A stretch of DNA of 55,264 nucleotides. Source: Alphaproteobacteria bacterium. GTDB taxonomy: Bacteria > Pseudomonadota > Alphaproteobacteria > Rs-D84. The DNA lies in contig JBKSMY010000005.1 in assembly GCA_046882065.1 (NCBI GenBank), positions 1 to 55,264 on the forward strand. Direction: 5' to 3'. Positions 45,864 through 55,019 of the stretch are shown here, piece after piece. The notes under the pieces are model-generated. The model saw only the letters and a list, made by a program, of their open reading frames with translations. It was not told the origin of the DNA and made no database searches. Each line of letters begins with the position of its first letter. Within the stretch, counting starts at the first letter, position 1. Both the position numbers and the translations under genes were made by a program.

Positions 45864-46334
45864 ATGATTTTTAACATCTTTTTCATTTTATTATTAATCG
45901 GCGCAATCACCTGCGCGACCCTGATTTCCATCACAGATTTTCGCCGTCGCATAATCCCAGACGCCTATTTATTCCCATTGATGTTAATTGGTCTGATTTT
46001 AATTACATTTTTTGGTTTCCCAATCAGTATGCGCGACGGGGTAATTGGTGCAACATTTGGCTATGCCATGTCCGCAATTATCGGTTTTGCCTTTGATTAC
46101 TTTATCCGCCACAAAACCCCAGATGCCACACCCCCAATCGGCATGGGCGACATAAAACTGATTGGCGTTGGCGGATTATGGCTGGGAACAACGGGTTTAT
46201 CGCTGGCACTAATTGTCGCATGCCTGACGGGGGCGATATGGGCGCGCGTCAAAAACCAGAAATTCATACCATTTGCGCCATTCTTTATATTCGGTGGAAT
46301 TTTATCTTTAATCACAAACTTATTTTTGTTATAA
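45864..46334 (+). CDS. A24-family prepilin peptidase (CpaA/TadV-like, peptidase domain only)
   Basis: Polytopic membrane protein. Two catalytic-Asp contexts: ISITDFRRRIIPD and GMGDIKLIGVGG. SD aaggggga. Confidence 0.75.
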   Translation: MIFNIFFILLLIGAITCATLISITDFRRRIIPDAYLFPLMLIGLILITFFGFPISMRDGVIGATFGYAMSAIIGFAFDYFIRHKTPDATPPIGMGDIKLIGVGGLWLGTTGLSLALIVACLTGAIWARVKNQKFIPFAPFFIFGGILSLITNLFLL

Positions 46335-46363
46335 TAAATCCAACAGGGACCCAGGACAAGAGA

Positions 46364-48367
46364 ATGAAATTTCATTTATTTATTGTTTTTTCGATGTTTT
46401 TAGCAACATTGGCGCATGCTGACACACCTTTTTCACACTATGGTGTAATTCAAAACGTACAAAACTATTCATCGAATCCATTTTGGAATCCAAACGGTCC
46501 ATACAATCAGCGCATGCCTACGGCTGTGTATGCAATGGGTCCTGACATTGGCACCGACGAATGTCAAAACATGGTATCATACCTGGTATCGGTTGAATGT
46601 GAATCACGCAACAAATGCGTATCGACCCAGTTGTCAGACATTCGCCCATCGATAATATCCCAGTTATCCCAGATACCCGACGGCAACTACGCTTCGTCCT
46701 GTGGCGGATATATCGACACTGCTTTTGAACAGTATTTAAAAACCAACGCGATTGCGGCCCCATCGGCAGGCGCAGCATTTCCAACAACAACGGGCATGGG
46801 CACCGCAACCACAGAATCAACATTTGAAATCAAAAATCCACTCAGCCCTAAATTACAACAATGGCAAATGGAAATTCTGGACCGGAAACAGGAATTAAAG
46901 GATTTACAATCCGCGAATGGGGTATCTGACCCAGAACTTGTTCGCACGACGGACTTTCCAGCAACATATGCAGATTTATCATTTGGCGAACGCATGGCAA
47001 ACGCGACGGCGGGCTATGAACCATACAAAGATTCCCGCGCATATAAAGAAATTAAGGTAGAAAGTCAAAAAGATTATTTGACCCGTCACAACCCAACTGC
47101 CACCCCAGACAATAAAAAAAAAATACCTGAATCAGAAGACCAAACGCCTGGGTTAATAACAGAAAACCTGCCTGATGAATTCGAGGCACTATTCCCCTGG
47201 TACGGCATCCTGATCGTCAAAGCAGGCAGCCTAGACGAATACGCCAAACAAGACCTGCCCATCATTTCAACCGAATACATGAAACAACATCGTGACGAGT
47301 TTTATCCCGACAACTCGGACAGAACGATGGGATGGCACCGCGCCTGTACGCACAGCAACCATATGGCACACGACAAAGACGTCATAAACCGCGCCACCCA
47401 CATACAAATGGGTCAAAAAGACAGTTACTGGTCTGGCAGTGACTTCTATGTATATGACGGCGCCGATGTTTATTGGGGCTGGGCAACAATCGCAGGCGAA
47501 GTGGCATTGGCTCTATTGACTTTCGGCATCAGTGCCGAAGCAACCGCCGCAAAAACCGCCGTCCAAATAACCGATGCCGGCGTTAAAACTGTCAAAGGTG
47601 CTTCCAGCACAGTGACCGCTGTAAAACTTAGCAAAGACGGCAAAAAAGTACAAAAGGCCATTGAAGCCGCCAAGGCTGCCAAGAAAGCCGACGCCGCATC
47701 CCGCACAGCCGCAATAGACGCGCTGTCGGACGCTGGTATAACCGTACGCAACACTGCAAATTACAAATCGTTGAACGCCATCGGACGTGCCCTAGAATCC
47801 ACAGCAACCTTTAAACCTGTATCATGGGCCTCATCTCTGCGACATCCATGGAAACTGGTGGCCAGCGGCGCCAAAAACATCGTCCCAAAAACGGCAAATG
47901 CTTTGGGGCCCGGATCTACATGGTCAAAGCGTTTTGCTACACTTGCAATCGGTGGCGGTGCCGTTGGCGCGAATTATTTTGGACGTGAATTAATCAAAGC
48001 ATTCGGCTACAGCAGTGCCGCACTAAAAGACCCCCAAACCGGCAATATTTCGTTCAACAGTTTTGGACTGTTATCCGATGACGACGAAGAAGGGCGCGAA
48101 AACGTTGTTTCGCATGGTGCCTGGATTCAATTCGAAACAATCGGCACGCAAAATGACGATGACGCCATAAACGAAGCAACCCGTTTTGCCGAAGAATTAA
48201 CCGAAGAAATCAATCGCATAAACGCAGAAGACCCACAATGCAATGTGGACGTGTACGTGGTTCAACCCGCAATCAGCAACCCCAAAAAATTACCCGGCCC
48301 CAAGGCCATATGGTATATTTTGATGAACAATAACACAGACGCATTTAAAGTCAGGACAAGCGAATAA
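46364..48367 (+). CDS. Large secreted protein A (667 aa), a paralog of protein B; unknown family
   Basis: Signal peptide MKFHLFIVFSMFLATLAHA|DTP. Cys-rich N-terminal part. A hydrophobic segment WGWATIAGEVALALLTFGISA is followed by an Ala/Lys-rich helical region. The conserved C-terminal domain is shared with B. Confidence 0.6.
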   Translation: MKFHLFIVFSMFLATLAHADTPFSHYGVIQNVQNYSSNPFWNPNGPYNQRMPTAVYAMGPDIGTDECQNMVSYLVSVECESRNKCVSTQLSDIRPSIISQLSQIPDGNYASSCGGYIDTAFEQYLKTNAIAAPSAGAAFPTTTGMGTATTESTFEIKNPLSPKLQQWQMEILDRKQELKDLQSANGVSDPELVRTTDFPATYADLSFGERMANATAGYEPYKDSRAYKEIKVESQKDYLTRHNPTATPDNKKKIPESEDQTPGLITENLPDEFEALFPWYGILIVKAGSLDEYAKQDLPIISTEYMKQHRDEFYPDNSDRTMGWHRACTHSNHMAHDKDVINRATHIQMGQKDSYWSGSDFYVYDGADVYWGWATIAGEVALALLTFGISAEATAAKTAVQITDAGVKTVKGASSTVTAVKLSKDGKKVQKAIEAAKAAKKADAASRTAAIDALSDAGITVRNTANYKSLNAIGRALESTATFKPVSWASSLRHPWKLVASGAKNIVPKTANALGPGSTWSKRFATLAIGGGAVGANYFGRELIKAFGYSSAALKDPQTGNISFNSFGLLSDDDEEGRENVVSHGAWIQFETIGTQNDDDAINEATRFAEELTEEINRINAEDPQCNVDVYVVQPAISNPKKLPGPKAIWYILMNNNTDAFKVRTSE

Positions 48368-50019
48368 TGCCACGAAAACTCGCGATACTATTTATGTCGT
48401 TGGTCACATTTGCGGCACACGGTACCGACACCGAATGTGCGTCGCGTGTGTTTGCCGACGCATTGGCACGGACTGCAAATACGGTGGATGAATCGGCACA
48501 CGAAACAGACATTCAAACCTGGATTTATCAAACATTCGCATTACCGGATGTTTTGAACGACGTGTTGGCATGTCCTGAAATTGCAAATATGCCCGACGAA
48601 GAAACGATTAAATTCACCCCCATACAATATACATTCCCAGGCGGTCGTGAAATTGTTGTAAATTATGAAACCCAGCCACGCGTATTAAAACAACGCATCA
48701 CACTGGGGAACAAACGTGATTTGCCATCCGGCGGGGACAGTCCACGCATTGGCGCACATGGCGACGATGCAATTTGGACAAATACTGATCCTGCATGGTA
48801 TGCCATCATGGTGGTTGAACACGGTACATTAAATAACTTTGTTGGCCCTGACAAAAACAATACAATTTCATTAAACTACATAAAAAACAACATTGATAAA
48901 CTGTACCCATCTGGCATAACCTGCACCAGCAAAAGCGCACTTGCCAACGACAAATACGCGATAAACGACACCGTTCGCACAACAGTAAATATCGAAGACG
49001 ACTCAAACGATTACTATGTTGCAGGCGACGTTAATTTACAATGGATATCCTATGCCGAAATGGCGCTGGACGTTGTTATTACCGTTGCAACAATGGGTGG
49101 AGGTCTGGTAATATCGGGCGCAACGAAATCCGCCCGCGCATCCCGCGCATTAAAGGGCCTGGGCACAACAATCAAAACATTAGAAAAATCAGACGACGTT
49201 GTAAAATACGTACGCGCCACACGCGACGCGGCAAAATTAACTGATGAAATCAAGGCACTGGATACGGTTGCCGACGCTGCAAAAATCGCCGACAAAACCC
49301 GCGAATTAGACAAATTGCAAGACAGCATCAAAACAATGGAAAACATTGATGATGTAAAAAAATATCGCGATGCCACGCGCACATATTCCGAACTGAACGC
49401 ATATCGGCACAGTCTGCGCGGCCTGCGTGCAATCCGCACCGCCCAACGCGGCAACATAATTGCTCGTGCGGCCCGCGCAACAAAATCAGCCATGACAGGC
49501 AACAAATTAATAACCCGCGCCGCCAAACTGGGGCGCAGTGGCAAAATGTCGGCCCGTGTGCGCGATTGGCTGTTTAATTCCACAATGAAAAACATCGGCG
49601 TCCTGGGCAAAATGGAGGCCACCGGCGGTCTGCTGTACGGCGCGATAAAATTTGCCGGCGACATGTACGATTGGACCGAAACCAGTACCGGCGAATTTAC
49701 CAGCGGTGTTGAATTTGCCCCATTGTTATTGTTATCTGCCGACGATTTACAGGGCCAAGAAAACGTTGTCAACCACGGCATGTGGCTGATGTGGGCGGGC
49801 GACTCGGTCAGTGCCGCCGACGACGATGCCGCATACCTTCAGGCCATGGATTTCGCCGCAAAATTCCACCAAGATTTATCCGAATACCAAAACGACACCG
49901 CATCACCATGCAACGTTGATATCTTTGTAGTACGCCCAGTTTTACGAAACCCAGGTTCCGACAGCCCCGAATTATATTACCTTATTATGAATGACACACC
50001 ATGGACAACAAATGAATAG
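48367..50019 (+). CDS. Large secreted protein B (550 aa), a paralog of protein A
   Basis: The start overlaps the stop of A (TAATG). Signal peptide MPRKLAILFMSLVTFAAHG. A hydrophobic segment ALDVVITVATMGGGLVISGA is followed by an Ala/Arg/Lys-rich region. The C-terminal block LLSADDLQGQENVVNHGMW...PCNVDIFVVRPVLRNP aligns with LLSDDDEEGRENVVSHGAW...QCNVDVYVVQPAISNP in A. Confidence 0.6.
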   Translation: MPRKLAILFMSLVTFAAHGTDTECASRVFADALARTANTVDESAHETDIQTWIYQTFALPDVLNDVLACPEIANMPDEETIKFTPIQYTFPGGREIVVNYETQPRVLKQRITLGNKRDLPSGGDSPRIGAHGDDAIWTNTDPAWYAIMVVEHGTLNNFVGPDKNNTISLNYIKNNIDKLYPSGITCTSKSALANDKYAINDTVRTTVNIEDDSNDYYVAGDVNLQWISYAEMALDVVITVATMGGGLVISGATKSARASRALKGLGTTIKTLEKSDDVVKYVRATRDAAKLTDEIKALDTVADAAKIADKTRELDKLQDSIKTMENIDDVKKYRDATRTYSELNAYRHSLRGLRAIRTAQRGNIIARAARATKSAMTGNKLITRAAKLGRSGKMSARVRDWLFNSTMKNIGVLGKMEATGGLLYGAIKFAGDMYDWTETSTGEFTSGVEFAPLLLLSADDLQGQENVVNHGMWLMWAGDSVSAADDDAAYLQAMDFAAKFHQDLSEYQNDTASPCNVDIFVVRPVLRNPGSDSPELYYLIMNDTPWTTNE

Positions 50020-51139
50020 AATCATCGGCATATTTTTTGCACTCTCCATTTACAGCCCAAGTTTACTGGGTGCGTCTTTATTACAACCTGCATCATTTCC
50101 AACGACATCAATGGACGCAACATTCATTGAACGTCGCGACAGCGCCGCCGCCGGCTACAAACCATTCACAAATCGCAGCGCATATCAACCCGTAATCATT
50201 GAATCCGAGCAAAAATATATGCTGCGCCATGCAGAATCTGTGCGAAAATCAGACCTGGCCAGCATGACAACCGCCCAATATTGCAGCAAATATCCGCTGG
50301 ACGCGACACGTTGCGTGCAAAAACCAGACGCGTATGAATCCACCATTAAAATTGGCGATCGTCCATCCGTCCCCACCACAACACCCCCAACCACAACACC
50401 AACTCCAACCACAACTCCAACGCCAACCACAACACCAACCACAACACCAACGCCAACGCCAACTCCAACACAACCACAGGCACCCGCACCATCAAAGCCC
50501 CACCATAACATTAACGACAACCAGGTCGTCAGAATGGGGCCACAAAATCACAATGGTCCATGCACACCACCACAACGCAGTGATGTTTTTTCAAACAAAA
50601 TTCTAACCAGCGGTCAATATCAACAATCCGACCCAGCATTTGAAAAAACCATGATAACAACATTTCGTGCCGAAGGGGGCTGTGGGAATCATCCAAATGA
50701 TTCAGGTGGCTATACATGCTATGGCATATCGCAAAACAACAACCCCGAAGTAGACGTACGAAACATCACACGCGCCGACGCAGAAAACATTGCCCACCGC
50801 AAATATTATACCAAATACGGCCTAGACAAACTGCCTGACTATATCCGCAGCGACGTTTTCACATTTGGTTGGGTGTCTGGCCCCGTCACCGCCATCCACA
50901 ACCTATGCCGTGTCCTGGGTCTGCCCGAGCGCAATAAAATAGACAGTGAAATTGTCATGGCAACTGAAAACTATAACGGCGATTTACACAACGACTATTT
51001 GGACGCCATGCAACAATATTTTATCAAATGCGCCCAAAAACCAAAGCAAGATGTATTTTTGACAGGCTGGATGAACCGCGTCAAATTTACGCGTGAAAAC
51101 AGTTGCCACTATCCAACCACCGACCCGATTTACCGATAA
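50012..51139 (+). CDS. Secreted GH108-type (lysozyme-like) peptidoglycan hydrolase with a Pro/Thr linker
   Basis: ATG at 50012 overlaps the stop of B. Signal peptide MNRIIGIFFALSIYSPSLLGA. The linker is PTTTPPTTTPTPTTTPTPTTTPTTTPTPTPTPT. FRAEGGCGNHPNDSGGYTCYGISQ resembles the GH108 EGG...P.D.GG.T..GI motif. Confidence 0.6.
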   Translation: MNRIIGIFFALSIYSPSLLGASLLQPASFPTTSMDATFIERRDSAAAGYKPFTNRSAYQPVIIESEQKYMLRHAESVRKSDLASMTTAQYCSKYPLDATRCVQKPDAYESTIKIGDRPSVPTTTPPTTTPTPTTTPTPTTTPTTTPTPTPTPTQPQAPAPSKPHHNINDNQVVRMGPQNHNGPCTPPQRSDVFSNKILTSGQYQQSDPAFEKTMITTFRAEGGCGNHPNDSGGYTCYGISQNNNPEVDVRNITRADAENIAHRKYYTKYGLDKLPDYIRSDVFTFGWVSGPVTAIHNLCRVLGLPERNKIDSEIVMATENYNGDLHNDYLDAMQQYFIKCAQKPKQDVFLTGWMNRVKFTRENSCHYPTTDPIYR

Positions 51140-51201
51140 TTTATTCCTGTTGTTTTTTTACATCAAATCCGTATAATGAATAATAACAGGGGGACGCAAT
51201 A

Positions 51202-51519
51202 ATGAAGAAAATATTATTATCATTAGTATTAGTTATTACAACGATATGCACCGCCAACGCATACCAGGTTTTATCATCCAAAGAACTGGGGCAAAACGAC
51301 GCAAAAAATCAGAACGTTGTTGTCAAATGCACCACCGACACCGGCAAAATATCAAATCAGACATGTTCGTTGCGTCGCTATGCCAAATGCACCGGCACAG
51401 GCACACAAAAACGTTGCAACGGATGGCAACCATGGCGTGATTTGCGCAATCCAACCACCCAATACTCTGACTGGAAGGCGGCGGCATCCGCATGTTGTCG
51501 TGCCAAGGGCTTGCGCTAA
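51202..51519 (+). CDS. Small secreted Cys-rich protein (105 aa)
   Basis: Signal peptide MKKILLSLVLVITTICTANA. The mature part carries 7 Cys and is basic. A terminator follows. Confidence 0.5.
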   Translation: MKKILLSLVLVITTICTANAYQVLSSKELGQNDAKNQNVVVKCTTDTGKISNQTCSLRRYAKCTGTGTQKRCNGWQPWRDLRNPTTQYSDWKAAASACCRAKGLR

Positions 51520-51532
51520 GAAAACAATATGT

Positions 51533-51560
51533 AAAAAATCCCGCATTTGCGGGATTTTTA
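51533..51560. terminator. Bidirectional hairpin terminator (operon end / leuS)
   Basis: aaaaa-atcccgc-attt-gcgggat-ttttta. Confidence 0.65.
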
Positions 51561-53960
51561 TTACTTCTTTACAACAAAGTTCACTAACTTTTTCGGCACG
51601 ACAATTGTCTTGACGATTTCCACGCCCGCCAATTTATTAGCCACCGCTTCACGCGCAGCGGCAATAATCGCATCTTCGGTTGCATCAACCGGCACGACAA
51701 AGTCTGCCGCGCGTTTACCGTTAACCGACGCAACAATTGTCATAGATGTTTCAACCAATTTTGCGGCATCAAACGTTGGCCATGGTTCAAACACCAGCAT
51801 ATCTGAATGTCCAATTTTTTCCCACATTTCTTCGGTCAAATGTGGTGCAAATGGATTCAGCACCTGCAACAACGCTTCATACGCAGGGCGGGGCATAGTT
51901 CCACCTGGGAACGCGTTGATATATTCCATCATTGCGGAAATAGTTGTATTAAACTTCATATTTTCCAGACGTTCTGTTGCATCCGCAATCAGTTTATGCA
52001 TCAGGCGTTCTTGTTCTGCGGTCATTGGCACATCTGTTAAGTTGTCCGCCAAACCTTCGACGCGTTTCAAGAAACGCTGAACACCCGCCAACGCACCTTC
52101 GGACCAGTTAACATTAGAATCCCATGGCCCCAGCGACAAAACCGTCACGCGCGCGGCATCGGCTCCAACTTCGGCAACTTTTTCATCCACCTGGAAACCA
52201 TTTCCTGCGGACTTTGACATCTTTTTGCCATCAGACCCCATCAACAAACCGTTTGTTGTACGTTTGTGATACGGTTCTGGGGTGTTAACGTGTCCCAAGT
52301 CAAACAACACGCGATGCCAGAAACGCGAATAAATCAAATGACGCGTATTGTGTTCATTACCGCCGTTATAGTGTCCAACCGGCATCCATTTTTCCATCTG
52401 TTCGCGCGAACAGAACGCATCATTATTGCGTGGATCTAAATATCTCAGGAAATACCACGAAGAACCCGCCCATTGTGGCATAGTATCTGTTTCGCGACGT
52501 GCGGCCGCACCACAGCACGGGCAGGGCACATTCACCCAATCCGTTGCGCGCGCCAATGGTGATTCACCATCTTCGGTTGGTCTAAAATCTTCCATATGCG
52601 GCTGCATCAATGGCAATTCAGATTCCGGCACCGGCACCCATCCGCATTTTTCGCAATAAACCAAAGGAATTGGTTCGCCCCAGTACATCTGGCGTGAAAA
52701 TCCCCAATCGCCCATACGATATCTGACCTTTGGTCGTGCGATACCGCGTTCTTCACCGACTTTGATTGCGGCGGCGATTGCGTCTGCCTTGCCCATACCA
52801 TTCAAGAAATCAGAATTGATATGTTCACCATCACCTTCCCAGACTTCGTCTGGTTTACCACCTGCCAAAACAGGAATTACATTGATACCAAACTTTTTCG
52901 CAAAGTCCCAGTCGCGACTGTCATGTGCCGGCACCGCCATAATTGTCCCATGCGCATAGTTCACCAACACATAGTCCGCCACGAACACCGGAATTTCGGT
53001 TCCTGTAAACGGATTAACGGCCATAATACCTTCCAGTTTAACGCCGGTCTTGTCCTTGGTTGCGTCTGTTCTGTCAAATTCAGACTTTGCCGCAGATTCT
53101 TTAATATATGCACGCACTGCATCTGCATTAGTAATTTTCCCAGTGTCCAGCCATTTTGCCAACAACTTATGCTCTGGGGCGATTGCACAGAACGTCACTC
53201 CGAAAATAGTGTCCACACGCGTTGTATAAACAGTCATAATATCATCACCGACACGGAAATCAACATCTGCACCGGTTGAACGTCCGATCCAGTTAATCTG
53301 GTCACGCTTTACTTTTTCCGGGTAATCGACAATATTCAGACCGTCCAGCAATTTGTCTGCATATTTAGTAATCGCCAGATTCCATTGCATTTTTTCGCGC
53401 ACTTCAACCTCGCCATGACAACGATTACACTTGCCGTCTTCTAATTCTTCATTAGTCAAAGTTGTACGGCAATTCGGGCACCAGTTCATCGGCAACATAG
53501 ACTTATACGCCAACCCCGCCTTAAAGAACTGAATAAACATCCACTGTGTCCATTTGATAAATTCCGGATCAGATGTTGCAACCTGGGCATTCAGGTCGAT
53601 TGACCACCCCATATCCAGCATATTTTTTGTAAATTTTTCGGCCAACTCGCGCACAACGACCGACGGATGTTTACCGATTTTGGTTGCATAATTTTCGGCC
53701 GAAATCCCCAGCGAATCAAACCCCAGCGGATACAGCACATCAAATCCCTGCATACGACGAAAACGTGCCATAACATCGCATCCTGTATAGTTCAACATAT
53801 GACCACCATGCAATCCCGTACCACTTGGGAATGGAAATTCCGCCAGCATATAAAACGGCTGCTTGCTGCCATCATTTTTTGGTGTAAACACACCCGACTG
53901 TTGCCATTTATTCTGCCATTTGGCTTCACGCTCGTGAATTTTTTTGATATCATCTGCCAT
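51561..53960 (-). CDS. leuS: Leucine--tRNA ligase
   Basis: FPFPSGTGLHGGH (HIGH region), CP1 editing-domain length, GKKMSKSAGNG (KMSKS). 799 aa. Confidence 0.9.
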   Translation of the reverse strand: MADDIKKIHEREAKWQNKWQQSGVFTPKNDGSKQPFYMLAEFPFPSGTGLHGGHMLNYTGCDVMARFRRMQGFDVLYPLGFDSLGISAENYATKIGKHPSVVVRELAEKFTKNMLDMGWSIDLNAQVATSDPEFIKWTQWMFIQFFKAGLAYKSMLPMNWCPNCRTTLTNEELEDGKCNRCHGEVEVREKMQWNLAITKYADKLLDGLNIVDYPEKVKRDQINWIGRSTGADVDFRVGDDIMTVYTTRVDTIFGVTFCAIAPEHKLLAKWLDTGKITNADAVRAYIKESAAKSEFDRTDATKDKTGVKLEGIMAVNPFTGTEIPVFVADYVLVNYAHGTIMAVPAHDSRDWDFAKKFGINVIPVLAGGKPDEVWEGDGEHINSDFLNGMGKADAIAAAIKVGEERGIARPKVRYRMGDWGFSRQMYWGEPIPLVYCEKCGWVPVPESELPLMQPHMEDFRPTEDGESPLARATDWVNVPCPCCGAAARRETDTMPQWAGSSWYFLRYLDPRNNDAFCSREQMEKWMPVGHYNGGNEHNTRHLIYSRFWHRVLFDLGHVNTPEPYHKRTTNGLLMGSDGKKMSKSAGNGFQVDEKVAEVGADAARVTVLSLGPWDSNVNWSEGALAGVQRFLKRVEGLADNLTDVPMTAEQERLMHKLIADATERLENMKFNTTISAMMEYINAFPGGTMPRPAYEALLQVLNPFAPHLTEEMWEKIGHSDMLVFEPWPTFDAAKLVETSMTIVASVNGKRAADFVVPVDATEDAIIAAAREAVANKLAGVEIVKTIVVPKKLVNFVVKK

Positions 53961-54236
53961 ATTTTCGTCCTATGTTTATTTGCGTAAATTCTGGGGAATA
54001 TTACCGCCAAAACCCCACAAAGTCCAGAATTTTTCTATTATCGCAAAAATATTCTTTACCCCAGCGATTTTTTATAGAAAAACGAATTAAAATCATCCCG
54101 AACGCAAAAAAATATATTATTTTAGTATTGACATTTACACCGAAAATATGGAAAAATAGACACAAAGAAATGTCGAAAGTAAGGGTCAACTTCCTTATTT
54201 TATTGCGCCAGCACATCACACAGGGGAGAAGATAAC

Positions 54237-54971
54237 ATGGCAAAATTAAAACATTTTTATTTATTCATCGCCGCATTGGTATTCGCAAAATCGTATAATA
54301 TTTCTGCCGCCTATGCTATGACAGATGCCGAATGTTGGATGGCCCAGCAAATTATGTGGTGGTATGACGACAATCCAGAATACAAGGACAACCCTCAAAG
54401 TGATGACGCAGAACTGGGACTTAGGCTGCACTGCAACAACGGCGCCATCGTCGATCAAAGCGTTTGGGATTGTGACGCCACAACCATGTCCGAGGTTGAA
54501 TGCGGCAGCGACGGTTCCCAAGCATGGTGTAACGACGTTGTAGAAAACTATTTAAACGACATTGCTCATTGTGAACAATTTGGTTTAACATACGAAGAAT
54601 GTTCCCTGGAATTCGAATGGAACTGTAATACGATGACCTGTCCCGATGGCGAAGGCTATGAACCCGAGGAAGACAGATGTCGTCCATGTGGCAACGGCAC
54701 ATACCAAACGCGCGGCAGATTCGACATCAACGCCACATGGTATTATGGCGACTATTGCAAGCCTTGTACGCTTTTCACGCCGGGTGACGACAACAGCAGC
54801 AAGTGGCCAGATTCACCAGAATACGCAACCAGCGAAGACGAATGTTACATCGTAGCGGACACAAATTGGACGTTCGAAGACAGTACTGGCACTGGCAGCG
54901 TATACTTCGGTCAAAACGGCACGTCCATGGATTGTTATTACGACGGCCACCTAGGAAACGCTGGTTCCTAG
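54237..54971 (+). CDS. Secreted acidic Cys-rich protein with a TNFR/furin-like CxxC module
   Basis: Signal peptide MAKLKHFYLFIAALVFAKSYNISAAYA. Many Cys. CRPCGNGTYQTRG....YCKPC is reminiscent of the module in the 1-1161 protein. SD ggggaga. Confidence 0.55.
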   Translation: MAKLKHFYLFIAALVFAKSYNISAAYAMTDAECWMAQQIMWWYDDNPEYKDNPQSDDAELGLRLHCNNGAIVDQSVWDCDATTMSEVECGSDGSQAWCNDVVENYLNDIAHCEQFGLTYEECSLEFEWNCNTMTCPDGEGYEPEEDRCRPCGNGTYQTRGRFDINATWYYGDYCKPCTLFTPGDDNSSKWPDSPEYATSEDECYIVADTNWTFEDSTGTGSVYFGQNGTSMDCYYDGHLGNAGS

Positions 54972-55019
54972 TTCGGCTCATAAGGTTTTCTTCCCCCCCC
55001 CAGGTCAAAAGTATATTGT

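Noticed and set aside
49050-49781. 243-aa minus-strand ORF
   Set aside because: It is antisense to the Ala/Arg/Lys-rich helical region of protein B. It is a GC-rich, low-complexity mirror frame inside a tightly coupled plus-strand operon.
53986-54035. Imperfect hairpin (aaattctgg...ccagaattt) in the leuS 5' region as a T-box or terminator
   Set aside because: On the leuS (minus) strand it is not followed by a U-tract. No T-box specifier or T-box sequence is visible. On the plus strand it has a T-run but no upstream gene. This is too weak to call more than a possible UTR structure.
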